A stretch of 64,000 nt of DNA from Priapulus caudatus (lineage: Eukaryota): positions 616,432 through 680,431 of the forward strand of contig NW_014577090.1 of NCBI RefSeq assembly GCF_000485595.1. Direction: 5' to 3'. The position numbers and the translations under genes were made by a program. Each line of letters begins with the position of its first letter. Position 1 is the first letter of the stretch. The notes below the pieces were generated by a model. The model was not told where the DNA came from. It was given only the letters and a program-made list of their open reading frames with translations, and made no database searches. Of this stretch, positions 52,648 to 64,000 are shown in pieces.

Positions 52648-53066
52648 GTTGTTCCCAAACTTGGAATCTTGCACAAACTTGGAATTTCAGCGCATCCGCA
52701 GTTTGGGCAACCAATCTTGAGATTGGGCAAACAGAGGTAAACAGAGCTTGCACAAACATATGATTATTAGGATTTCAAATGTTATATCATAACTATAAGG
52801 TCGTATACCTTCTTTCCTCAACGTGTTTGGCACCTTTGTATAAATATTAAATGATTATAATAAATAATTGGATAAATATGAGATAAATTTCTTCTTAGTT
52901 TGCACCACGCCCACCACACACTCGCTATGAGCGGTTGTTGAATCACCGACTGTTTTCAGTTTGCCCAATCTTGAGATTGGTCGGCCAAACTAGGGAATCC
53001 GTAGTTTGGGCAGCACAATCGCTGCACAATCTCGAGATTGTGCAGATTCCAAGTTTGGGTACGACA
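52648..53066. mobile_element. MITE
   Basis: CCCAAACTTGGAATCT(T)GCACAA inverted as TTGTGCAGATTCCAAGTTTGGG. Confidence 0.6.
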
Positions 53067-55076
53067 GAGGTACGGCAGCCGTATCTTAATGTCTCGAGGC
53101 TACGGGTACGGCAGTCCATTTGCGCATGCGTCGCTTTCCCACAAAATAATGTCGTTGAAAATTAATTCACGATTTAATTCACGATTAAGATTTCTTGATG
53201 AGCTAAAAAACACTCGGATTTGAAGTATGAAAATGAACATTATTGTGCCAGCTAGCCTACACCAGTTGGTTGGGATTGATTGTCAGTTCAACCACTCTGA
53301 TTAATATGACTAGGCCTGACTTGTTAAAAATATATCTTAATTTTGTCTTCCGGTATGAGATTGAGACAATTTATTATCATTGGGTTTTGTAATTTGTACC
53401 TGTCAATTTCATTGTCAATGATACTTGCTGCATGTGTGATTCGCGTTCAGTTTACATTATGTACCTAATAAGCTAATTAATTAAACAATGCTGCTCATTT
53501 TTTATGCTACTTAGTTGTTTTTCATTCAGTGTCAGTGTGCGTTTGTCTTAATTGTTTTAATTAGCATAACGTAATCACTATATTAATTGAACTGTGTCAC
53601 TTCTCCAATCGAAGTCTTTTTTATTTAAAAAGACATTACCCACCTAGATTACGTCTGACAGTGGAAAAACTAGACTCTGTATTGAGAAAACCGTTAGTGT
53701 CTCCGTACATGAATCGTCATATCCATATAAACCAAATCCTAGCAATATGATTATGAACTGTCGGTCCTAGATGGTTTACTGGACACTGGGGGCTTTGGTT
53801 TTATTTTAATTGTGTATAAGGTCTGTGTGAAATACATTGTATGCAGTGTCGTGCTTGGGGAATTAACTGGAATGAAATAACGTTATGTGTATTCTGTCAT
53901 TGTGGGGGTTCAATTCTCGAAATGGCCGGTCTCCCTCCTGGTCACCATGTAGCTAAGGTGACTGAAAATGCTGCCGGGCGAGTAAAACCTTCCTAAACGC
54001 TCGTCACCACTCGCCTGAAAATAAACTGTTGGCAAACTAATTCTTTTCCAACTGCAAGATATCGCCTAATATTTCAGTGGAGTAAATACCAGACACAAAA
54101 TTCGAAAATCCAAATAATCAACTTCTCTCGAATAAGTACTATGATACTTGTTGAATTCTTATGATAACACCACCCTTTACACCCCCCCCTTCCTGATACA
54201 AGAATGTAGTTTAATGTTCAAAGTAGTAGACAAATACTTTAATTAATTTTGAGCTAGTAGGTTTATTTTTGGGTGAGGGGATTGAAGTTTTCACCTCTCC
54301 AAATGTTTACATTTTGATGACCTGGATTTTCCTGAGTTTCAAGCACTGTGTGGATGACTGATGGAGCAGAAGTCACATTTTTAATCTGTGTAAAATCATC
54401 CGTGTAATTCAATTATAATCGTATTAAACTATTATACTTACAATCTTTAAAAATTGGAATCTTTACCAGCAGTTAATCCCCCAAGAAGTAACTTTGGATG
54501 TCTTGGGGGAGGGGGACTTGCTTAACACTTTCAAATTCATGTATAGTAAAAAGATTAAATTGAAAAGGTCAGTGTGCATTTGAATTCTGCTGGTCCAAAA
54601 GATTGATTTAATCGGTGCTGCTATCATTTATAGCTGTTTCTCTCAACTCGACTGTTATATTTGATTGTAGGCTGGCTTTGTGATAAACACTTGTGGCATG
54701 AACTACTAAGGACGTATGCTAATTAGTGATAGACCAGTATTGAAATAGAGTCATACAAATATCATATAAATTGTTTTGTAAAAATTCTAGTAACGTCTAG
54801 AATTCTTGAAACTCATGAACAGCTAGCAAGTATTTTATGTTCACTTTTGATGGAGCTTGGCTTTAGGGCAAATGCCATTCTAAATTTACGTGTCTAGATT
54901 TTAAACTTGAACTATGGTGGTGTGTTTTACTTTTGTTATAAGTCTTTATAATTGTGTTCTGCTGTAAATTTCAGCAACAGCTACAATTTTATTTGGCTAC
55001 AATTAGAGTGAAATACTTATAATTCAGCCATACACACTAGTGATATTGCAAGTGGCTCATTATATTAGCATTTTCA

Positions 55077-55875
55077 TTTTTAGCTCAGCTGACGAAGTCA
55101 GATGCAGCTTGTAGAATCGCATGATTGTCCGTTCGTCCGTGCGTCCGTTAACAGTTGGGCACAAATCTTAACTGCCCGACGTACGGTCTTGATATTCGGG
55201 ACGTCGGGGGGGGGGGATCGCGAAAAGGACTCGGGATGTCGAATTTAGGGGTCAAGGCCTCAAGGGTCAAAGGTCAAGATGTGTCAATGGAGGGGGAATA
55301 TTTCCCCCTTAACTTAAGGTATAGGAGGAAATCAGGGGTCGAAATTAGATTTTTATTATGGTATCCATTCGGGATACCAGGTATTGAAATCTGGTATTCC
55401 CCCCCAAAAGATCTGGTATCCCATTTTTTGGATAGTAATTTCAACAATTGTTTGCCTTCAATTCTCATCACTCGCGTTCATTTTACATACGCCTCCACAG
55501 TACACTGCAGACGTAATAATTGTCTAGACGCATTAGCTGCGTTCACACGATATACACGGCCTCGCTGGTTCCGTACTTATCTGGTGCTGAATCCTGATTT
55601 TGACGATTTTTTTTTTACTATCTTGGCAGGATACCAAGCATTGAAATCTGGTATCCAACACAAGAATACTATTCCGCGAATATCGGGCTACCGCTAATTT
55701 CGACGCCTGGAAATACGGAATTGCGGCACAAATCTCAACGGCTCGACCTACGCTCTTAATATTCGGTGTATAGTGTGATGGGGAGGTCACAGGTCAAAGG
55801 GCAGTGGGGGAAAGGTCAGATATCAGACATTTTCTGAGGACATGGTCTCACGGACCGAGTGCAAAACTTTTTTGT
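55077..55875 (+). mobile_element. Possible Helentron-associated (DINE-1/HINE-like) non-autonomous element
   Basis: T-run, then AGCTCAGCTGACGAAGTCAG hairpin, a (GTCC)n-like tract, duplicated core ACAAATCT..CGAC.TACG.TCTT.ATATTCGG (55161 and 55727) and GGTCAAAGG motifs. Classification is by architecture only. Confidence 0.45.
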
Positions 55876-56247
55876 TTCAGCACTGACCTACCGTTTTTAT
55901 CACTTTATTGAAAGGACCATGAAATCTACTTTCCGCTGACATGCGAAGAGTAAGTGTCTGATAACCTTTTGACACTCAAGAGGAGGGTTAAACATGGATT
56001 TGTTGACTGTTAACAAAGGACTGAACTGCTTTTGCTATTAGAGCTCCCTCCACCCTCCCCCCACCACCACCACTACGCTCGCGCTCGACGCATATCCATG
56101 ATAACGTTAATATAGCGAAGTCATTTAAAGTTACACAGATATCTTTATTACTGTACTACCGGTATAGCAAAGCCTATCAACGCGGTGGCGGGAGGGCGCA
56201 CTTGATTCGGTTGCCAGTGAGTTTATCAGAAGAATACCCGGCTACAG

Positions 56248-56623
56248 TAGGGTCCCTGTATACAGAGAGTTGCGCCAACTCAGGATTTGACGCCATGTTG
56301 TTTCCAAATGGATCCACACCGCTGCCGCTTAAGTACAGCGCTGTATGGATACGCTGTACAATATTCCGTAGTAATTAATTAGACTAATCGTGCTTCAATA
56401 AACTCAAAATTTACAAAGATTATAGCTAAGACATGTGTCTATGTGTATCTAGATTTCTAGAAATGTAACTCAAATTGTTCGCACCATATGATAATTTAAT
56501 TGTACACTTTCTTACGGCCATAGCCGTGCATATCTATTTGGAAACAACATGTCATCCAGCGACCACGTGACCGATAGTTTTCCGACTCGTCATGGCGCAA
56601 CTCTCTGTATATATAGGAACCCT
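56248..56623. mobile_element. MITE
   Basis: TAGGGTCCCTGTATACAGAGAGTTGCGCCA inverted as TGGCGCAACTCTCTGTATATATAGGAACCCTA. Confidence 0.65.
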
Positions 56624-56952
56624 AGGCTACAGTACACATCAGTTGAGCGCTGTCGCTCTGCGGCACTTGTTCTGAACAAGGTTTCTTCTGAAGGAAAATT
56701 AGACGAAGGAGTTAATGTCCAGTTTGGGGAAAAAACGTGCATGATGGGTTCAAAAGCGTGCGATAGGCACGCATGCGGACGCTGCAGGCGGATGCAGGGG
56801 AGAGGAACCCCCTCTCACGGGGGGGGGGGTCTGTAGGGTCTTCCCTAGCAAAAATTTAAAAATTTGAATGTCTCGGACTGCATTTGAGGCACCTTGAAAA
56901 TGGCGACATTAAATTTGACAACGGCGGTGCGCCACTGTGCCTCGTATGTATA

Positions 56953-57508
56953 CATGGTTCGCACAGTCCTTGAAAAGTCCTTGAATTTGAGGGGAGTCCT
57001 TGAAAAGTCCTTGAATTTGAGGGGAGTCCTTGAACAGTACTTGAATTTAGTAAATGTTGATTTTGTGCTTGAAAAGTGCTTGAATTTCATGAAAATGTCC
57101 TTGAATTTCATGAAAATGTCCTTCAATTTTTAGAAAGAATCCTTGCCTGTAATAAAAAGAAATTTTCTACCATCAATAATGTGCAAACCTCAATAAAAAT
57201 TGCGTTAAATGAGCTTAAAAAGCTATAGACACGATAGACAGTTAAATGATGATCATAAATTACAGTAAGTCAGTAAAATCGGTCAGTAAAATCAGTCAGT
57301 AAATCAAGGTAAGTTGTAGAAGTGACAGTGTTTAGAAGGGTTTATTAATGTGATCCAGGTAAGTTTTAGAGGTGACATGCAGTGATTAAGAATGGGGTTA
57401 TTAAATTAATCCAGGTATGTTTTGTTCTATGTATGAATTCCGATAAAATTTCTGATAAAATGTCCTTGAAAAGTTCTTGGGAAAAATTTTAGTCCTGTAC
57501 GAATTATG
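56953..57508. mobile_element. hAT-like MITE with TCCTTGAA(A/T) subterminal repeats
   Basis: CATGGTTCGCACAG / CTGTACGAATTATG ends and tandem TCCTTGAAAAGTCCTTGAATT; no TSD seen. Confidence 0.5.
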
Positions 57509-57601
57509 TTACATATCAATTGGTGACACTATCGAGTGCAGTTGTGATGATAATGTGGTAAAGAAAGCCAAGTAGTTGAATGGTTAACATTGCATAAGTG
57601 G

Positions 57602-58373
57602 CAGGGTTCTCCAAGGGCACTTATAGCCTGGCCGCCCGCCAGGCTATGGTCGAGCCCCGCCACCTTCAAATGCACCCGCCACGCTAAATACCATAGCCGC
57701 CATGCTGGTGTATACACGTTGTTCTCGATGCTACAGTCACCTAACTCACCTTATCCCTATGCCATATTATCCCCTATACATATATCCCCTATACCAAAAT
57801 TAATCTATGGTGTATAACCTTTTGCTTTAAATATTTTTCCATCGGAACTGACAATAAATCCCAACCAACTGGTGTAGGTTAGCTGGCACAATAATGTTCA
57901 TTTTCATACTTCAAATCCGAGTGTTTTCTAGCTCATCAAGAAATCTTAATCGTGAATTAAATCGTGAATTAATTTCCAACGGCATTATTACGGGGCAGGT
58001 AACCCAGTCTAACACGAGGTAGAGTAGACTGGTACACTTACCGACCACTCCTGCCATTGTCAATGGTGACAAAAAATTTGTTATTTATTTATGAGAGGTG
58101 AACTCGATTTGGAACCAGCAAACCAGCAAATTCACCCCTACATTTAGGTATTTTTATTCCTTTAATTATTTTGAATTTTCCGATGGTTTTGCCCATGCAA
58201 AACAAACATTTTCACCCCACATGCAGTGCTTCAAATTTACACACAACAGAGTGTCCCAGATTGCATCTCATAGCTTCTTCAATTCAAAAATTTCCTGGGG
58301 GGGGGCATGCACCCGGACCCCCCTAGCACTGAGTACCACCCCATGCTATAATTTTAAAGCTTGGAGAACCCTG
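57602..58373. mobile_element. hAT-like MITE
   Basis: Perfect TIR CAGGGTTCTCCAAG / CTTGGAGAACCCTG; AGTGG on both flanks. Confidence 0.7.
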
Positions 58374-58917
58374 AGTGGTATGTCTTAGTTTTTGTGGCTT
58401 GTGAAATCATTATCTATCTGAATGCATGGTAAGTGTATGTAAATAGGTAGTAAGTGTTGGGCATGTGTAGACACGGGTCTGTTTGTTTGCATCATCATCC
58501 AGCTTTGCTGCTGTGGGAACACACCGGGCAGCATGAAATATTAGTGGCTACCCGGCTGTAGAAATTGATTTTTTATTTAAACTGTGAGATTTTTGAGTGA
58601 GCAATGCGTATTGATCCGCAAAACTGGTCATGCCCACTTATTTAAGTGGATGTTGGTGTGGAGGCACAATAGTTTGGCATATCAATATATATTGTTGAAC
58701 ATGCAGTGGTTGGTAGCACCACAATCTTAGTGACATGTCACATGTGGTAGAGTAGTTAATTAATAATTATTGGCAAAGATCTCTGCTTTTTTGAAAAGCA
58801 CGTCGTGTATTTTAATGACGTGGAGTAGATGGTTGTACCAACAGTGTTTTCACTGTTTTGTACAGCATAGTTGTGCTACTGGGACCCTAATCCATGAACC
58901 GGCATGACTGCAGAGAT

Positions 58918-59685
58918 GGGCGATTCCATACGTGTCGGACGGGACATTTTGATGTGTTCTTTAAGCATTTTTTACAGTTGTTCATGTCAGATTTTAGAAA
59001 TATATCTAACAATATAAACATTATTATATCATGTATAATTTAAATTGCAACTTGAAAACAATCGTTCAATAATTGTTTGAACTGAGAGAACCACACAAAG
59101 TCATGTGTCGGACGGGGACACCAAGTGGACATACAGTTTTTACATCAGAAGATATGCTGAAACTTCTGTTCCATTACTAACAGGGTAAATCAGGCACCCA
59201 TGCAGAACCACCACAGATACACAATCTTTCTTTCTGTCTTTTACTTTTCATCGCCTAATGGACAGTTTTTTCTTGTGAAGCACTTATTTCATGTGGTGGA
59301 CGGGACAATGATAATGTGTCGGACGCGACGTATTTGTCTACACATTGTTTCATGCCTGTATTTGTACATTTACCAGGGCTGTGTCTATCTTTCATATAAA
59401 CATTAACACTTATATAAACATTCTTGAAATTAACATTGAATTGTATTTGAAAACGTTTTAGGATTTTTATAGAAGTTCACAATCTCATAATTTACATAAA
59501 ACATTTTTCTAAAAAAGTTCCATTTTACAAAGTACTAATATTAACTTGATTGACTGCAACCATATCAAGATTCACAGTTTCACAAAACAAAATAGTTAAA
59601 TTAGGTTTAGGGTGTTGAGAAAATAATAGCATATCATTTTTAGGTGAAATGATAATTTTATTTTCCTATGTTCATGGAATCGCCC
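58918..59685. mobile_element. MITE with 4-bp TSD (Sola-like, tentative)
   Basis: TIR GGGCGATTCCAT / ATGGAATCGCCC; AGAT on both flanks; internal GTGTCGGACG repeats. Confidence 0.65.
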
Positions 59686-60213
59686 AGATGCTCCATGAGA
59701 CCAGACATGACATCGTCAGACCCACCCTGCCTAAACAGCTTTGTTGCATTAGAGTGGGCAAGGCAGGGACACGGATGCCCTGTAAAGTTGTGTGTGCGTG
59801 CGTGAGTGCGTGTGTGTGTGCACGGATGTGTGTGTTTGTATAGTGGCCAGTGTAAACATATATCCTAGCTGTATCCTATATATGATATGTAGCCTATCTG
59901 CTATCTTAGCATTGATACTCATCTCACACAGATTGACTTGGCATATTAATCATGCTAGCTTATATATCCTTTTAAGCTCTAGGGACAGCCTACAGCATCG
60001 CAGGGCATGTTAAACACTGCAGCTTGCACATTACATGTTTTGGGACAGGCTACATAGTCAGACATATTAACCATGTGCTCGTGTATTACACATTGACTAT
60101 GCAATTGCAAGCTTGTACATTACTGGTCTGAGAGTGCCCTACTGCATAGGTTGGCATATTAAACATAGAAGCCCGTCTGTTACACAATGACCATGCAAGA
60201 CTGTATCTTACAG

Positions 60214-60409
60214 CTCTAGGGGCAGCCTATGGTACAGCGAAGTCTGGCACTGGCATCGCGGCGATGTCGGTGATGCGACCTGAGTTGGTGATGAAGTCGA
60301 TCATCCCTGTAGTCATGGCGGGTATCATTGCCATCTATGGCCTCGTCGTCGGAGCCTTGATAGCTAACGGCATCAAGGCTGGAGGGGAAGGCGGCTACAC
60401 ACTATTCAA
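60214..60409 (+). CDS. ATP6V0C: V-ATPase subunit c, exon 2
   Basis: ttacag acceptor, aa|gtgagt donor: [66 protein letters not shown]. Absent from the supplied ORF track. Confidence 0.97.
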
Positions 60410-60462
60410 GTGAGTGTTCTCACACCGTTCGAGCGAGTGAAGACTCTGTATTCTGTACGAGT

Positions 60463-60525
<63 letters not shown>

Positions 60526-61282
60526 GTATGTGTGTGCATGCGCCTGCGTATCCATGTATGTGCGTGAGTGTGTGTGCGTTCTCGTGCGTATGTGTGTGTC
60601 TGTGTGTGTGTGCATGCGCCTGCGTATCCATGACGTATGTGCGTGAGTGTGTATGGAGAGGATATAAAACCTGTTATTGTCAAGGCACTGGTGAGTAATG
60701 CAGAGTGTAATGCTAGCGAGAGGATAGTCACAGCATAACTACTGCTTTGCTCCATGTGTACGTGATTGAATTAAGGTTACTGACTAAGTGTTTCTTGCAT
60801 CAGTGCGTGTTGGTGTGAGGGCTACTGACGTCAGTGTTTCATATGCGTGTGTGTGTGTGTGTGTCTGTGTGTGCGTGCGTGCGTGCGTGCCCCGTGTTCA
60901 CGTGCGAGACCGAGTGGCTGGCTGGTGGTTACAGACTGTGTTTCTTTCTTGCATGTGTGTACACTTGGCTATGAGGGCTACACTCATTGTTTCTCATGTG
61001 TATATATGTGCACTCGTACGTGTACATGCCTAGGTGGCTGAGTGAGTGATGGTTACAGATGTTATTTCTTGTGTGCGTGCATGTAGCTGTTAGGGTGACT
61101 GTCACAGTGCCTCCTATGTGGGTATGCACGCAGGCATGTGTGCATGCGTGTGTGCGTCCGTGCGCGCTTGTGTGTGTGTATGACTAGGTGATCAGATGGT
61201 AAGTGACCTGTGTTTCTTGGATGATGTACCATGTGTAATTGCATGGCTGGATGGTGATTACAAATAGTGTTAACATGTTTAT

Positions 61283-62000
61283 CAGGAGTAGATAATAGGG
61301 AAGGAGTGTGACTTCAATAAACAAGGGAAATTCGTCATTTACTAGCCATTCGCCTACAGTACATTCGCCTAGCATCGTGCGAAATCGTTTTCTCGTATAC
61401 ACCCGCAATCCGGAGATACAGACTAAAACGAACGACATGATTATCTATTCTGTTGCCAGCAAACCAATTGTAATGTCTGCCGAACTTGAAACAAAAGGCA
61501 GCTACTAACGCACTCTTGCTCACTCGACGAGGCGGTGTGGCTCGCTAGGAGATTGGACATCGACGCAACACTCAGCGAGATAACCTTTGACCCAGCATAC
61601 AGCTACATACCGGCATACCGGCATACAGCTGGTATGCCTCCCACGCACGCACGCCCACCGCAATCAGCAGCAGCTCCAGCTCCAATCTCCCAGCGAGCCA
61701 CACCGCCTCGCCGAGTGAGCAAGAGTGCGTTAGTAGCTGCCTTTTGTTTCAAGTTCGGCGGACATTGCATTTAGTTTGCTGGCAACAGAATAGATAATCG
61801 TGTCGTACGTTTTAGTCTGTATTATCGGATTGCGGGTGTATACGAGGAAACAATTTCATACGATGCTAGGCGAATGTACTGTGTACGATTTGAGTTCAAG
61901 TTGGTTGAGTTACACATAGTAAATCTTAAGTATTCTAAGGCTAGTAAATGACGAATTTCCCTTGTTTATAGTCACACTCCTTCCTTATTATCTACACCTG
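61283..62000. mobile_element. Fold-back MITE with ~270-bp TIRs and 8-bp TSD, in intron 2
   Basis: 61283-~61558 is inverted at ~61680-62000; TSD ATGTTTAT at 61275-61282 and 62001-62008. Confidence 0.88.
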
Positions 62001-62201
62001 ATGTTTATGCGTGTGTGACTGGGTTATGGTTACTGAGAGTGTGTGTGTGTGCGTTTGTGCGTGTGTCTGCACTATGTGCTGTGCATGTGGCTTTGAGCCT
62101 GTATAGGATATCATACTGCTAGTGTTAGTGCTTTCTTCGTTTGTTCCGTGTGTCTTCATGGTTATTTGAGGGCTACTGACAGTGTTTCTCCATGTTTGCA
62201 G

Positions 62202-62406
62202 GGGATTCGCAGACTTTGGTGCGGGACTTAGCGTAGGATTGAGCGGTTTGGCGGCTGGGTTTGCCATCGGCATCGTGGGAGATGCTGGCGTGAGGGGGAC
62301 GGCACAGCAGCCTCGACTCTTCGTTGGCATGATCCTCATCCTAATCTTCGCCGAAGTACTCGGCTTGTACGGACTCATCGTCTCTCTTATCCTAATCACG
62401 AAATAG
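62202..62406 (+). CDS. ATP6V0C: V-ATPase subunit c, exon 3
   Basis: ttgcag acceptor: [67 protein letters not shown], including the proton-carrying Glu. Spliced CDS 474 nt = 157 aa plus stop. Confidence 0.97.
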
Positions 62407-64000
62407 ACAAGGTGCGACAGCCATTACTACAGGGACACTTTGCTTAAGCTTTTTCTTATGTTAACCAATTGTTGGCGGGAGGGGAGGGGGGCAGGTATTG
62501 TACCTGTGGGCTGGCTACAGGCAACATTGATATCACCTGATGGGAAGGTTAGCAACGTCGACTGTGACTACGAATCATGTTAAACATATTGTTCTTCAGC
62601 CTTCAGGCTGAAACGCAGGATCCTTCCAGTATCATCCTCATGATCAAACTAATAGTAAGAACGAAGTGGGTGCATCGTTTGCCGCGTGGGTTGACCGTAA
62701 TTGTTTATAGTGTAAGCCCGTTGTTATATTTTGTTGAAACATCTGTTATAGGAGTCATGCATGTAAAGCTAATCAGTTATTAATTTTATTGAGATCCCTG
62801 TAGTACATGTGATGCAACTGTGGTGTGTTTGGGAAGACAATTAGGGTTAATGAATAACAAGTACGATAACATGAAATTCGGACGAGTAAAGTAGTGTACA
62901 TGTGTTACTGTGCGATGAGGCATGAGGTCAGTCATTATTTTGCTATCTATTGTTTGTCATGAGTGTTGCTATCTTGGTTATGCAACATCTCTCGACTTTC
63001 GAGTAGTAAGTGAGATATGTCGTAGCAGAGGTAATAATTATTTCTCTCTATCACAATGGATGTATAAATTTTCGGTTTCAGTTTGTCAAAGGTAGTGTCG
63101 GTAACATTGTGGCAGTGTCACGCAAGGCGTATATGTTATATGTGTGTATGTGTGTATACGTGAATTCAGCGATACCAGTGGTTGGAACAATGGTTGAACA
63201 TTCACGCTCATTCCACTAAAGACTAAGTAATACAGCGCCACACTGACAACCATTTGTTGAGGGTACTAGTACTTCTAGGAATGCCCCTAAAGCAGCTATC
63301 AGTCAGGCTAATAAATCATCATCATTAGTTTGTGTCTGCAAAAATTGGAAACTATAGAGGCTTGGTCATTCTCTTGAAATTTATCTATTGTGTAGAATCT
63401 GTATGTAATATAATAATAAAAATGTGGATTTAACTATTAGATCATGTTGTTGAAATATTCGCATGGACTGTGCACATGTAATTTGTGAGTATGACATATG
63501 TACATGTATAATATATCGATATATATATCTATAACACTTTGAAGGTTGGCTGGGGTAACATTACTCATTACCAATGCACTACCCTTACCCAAGTTTGTGA
63601 GGGAAAATCGTTAGTCTTGTCAGTGAATATGAAGCCTGTCTGGTTGGTAGAGTGGAATATTAACATAATTCGGGTACAAAGCATTTTCGTGAGTCGGGGC
63701 TGGTACAATTTAAGGTGGAGATTTGTACATACTATCGCCACTGCGAGGTTGAGAGTTTTTCTCCCGGCTGACAACCTCGTCCATTACTGGAAATGCTTTG
63801 TGCCAACGCTGTGGCCTCTAGGTAACTTTCTGTGCTTCAATACTCGTGTTTCAAACATTCCGTCGATGTAGAAAATTACCAGTGCAGCCATCGTGGTGCA
63901 ATAATGAGATGGCGCCACTGGTTCGTAGAGAGCGAGTGCTCACTTCCAACCTGGTCACACCGTTGTGCAGCTTTCTAATTGGTAAGTGCACGTGTGTGAC

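Overview
Repeat-rich metazoan (invertebrate-like) genomic DNA with spliceosomal introns, many microsatellites and MITEs, N gaps, and several indel-rich stretches that look like uncorrected long-read sequence. Genes reconstructed by hand: (1) a complete 3-exon V-ATPase 16 kDa proteolipid subunit c gene (+, 51532-62406); (2) head-to-head with it, a 6-exon gene on the - strand (51217 to 35558) encoding a ~211 aa type I membrane protein with a signal peptide, one LDL-receptor class A module, one TM helix and a C-terminal PDZ-binding motif (VTAV); (3) three exons of a divergent ionotropic glutamate receptor/IR-like gene (+, 4567-5822); (4) one isolated Ig-domain exon (-, 3588-3691). Mobile DNA includes PIF/Harbinger transposase derivatives (one head-to-head pair), a decayed THAP domain, a 9-bp-TSD MITE family carrying (CCCTAA)n, two fold-back elements, several other TIR/TSD-defined MITEs and tiny palindromic insertions. 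Two large duplications (38.1-42.9 kb vs 44.0-48.5 kb; 18.2-22.9 kb vs 25.5-26.9 kb plus 10.7-12.4 kb) are most likely assembly artefacts. I found no CRISPR array, RNA gene or demonstrably novel system. The best leads are the LDLa-TM-PDZ gene sharing a CLEAR-box promoter with V-ATPase c, and the transposon architectures.
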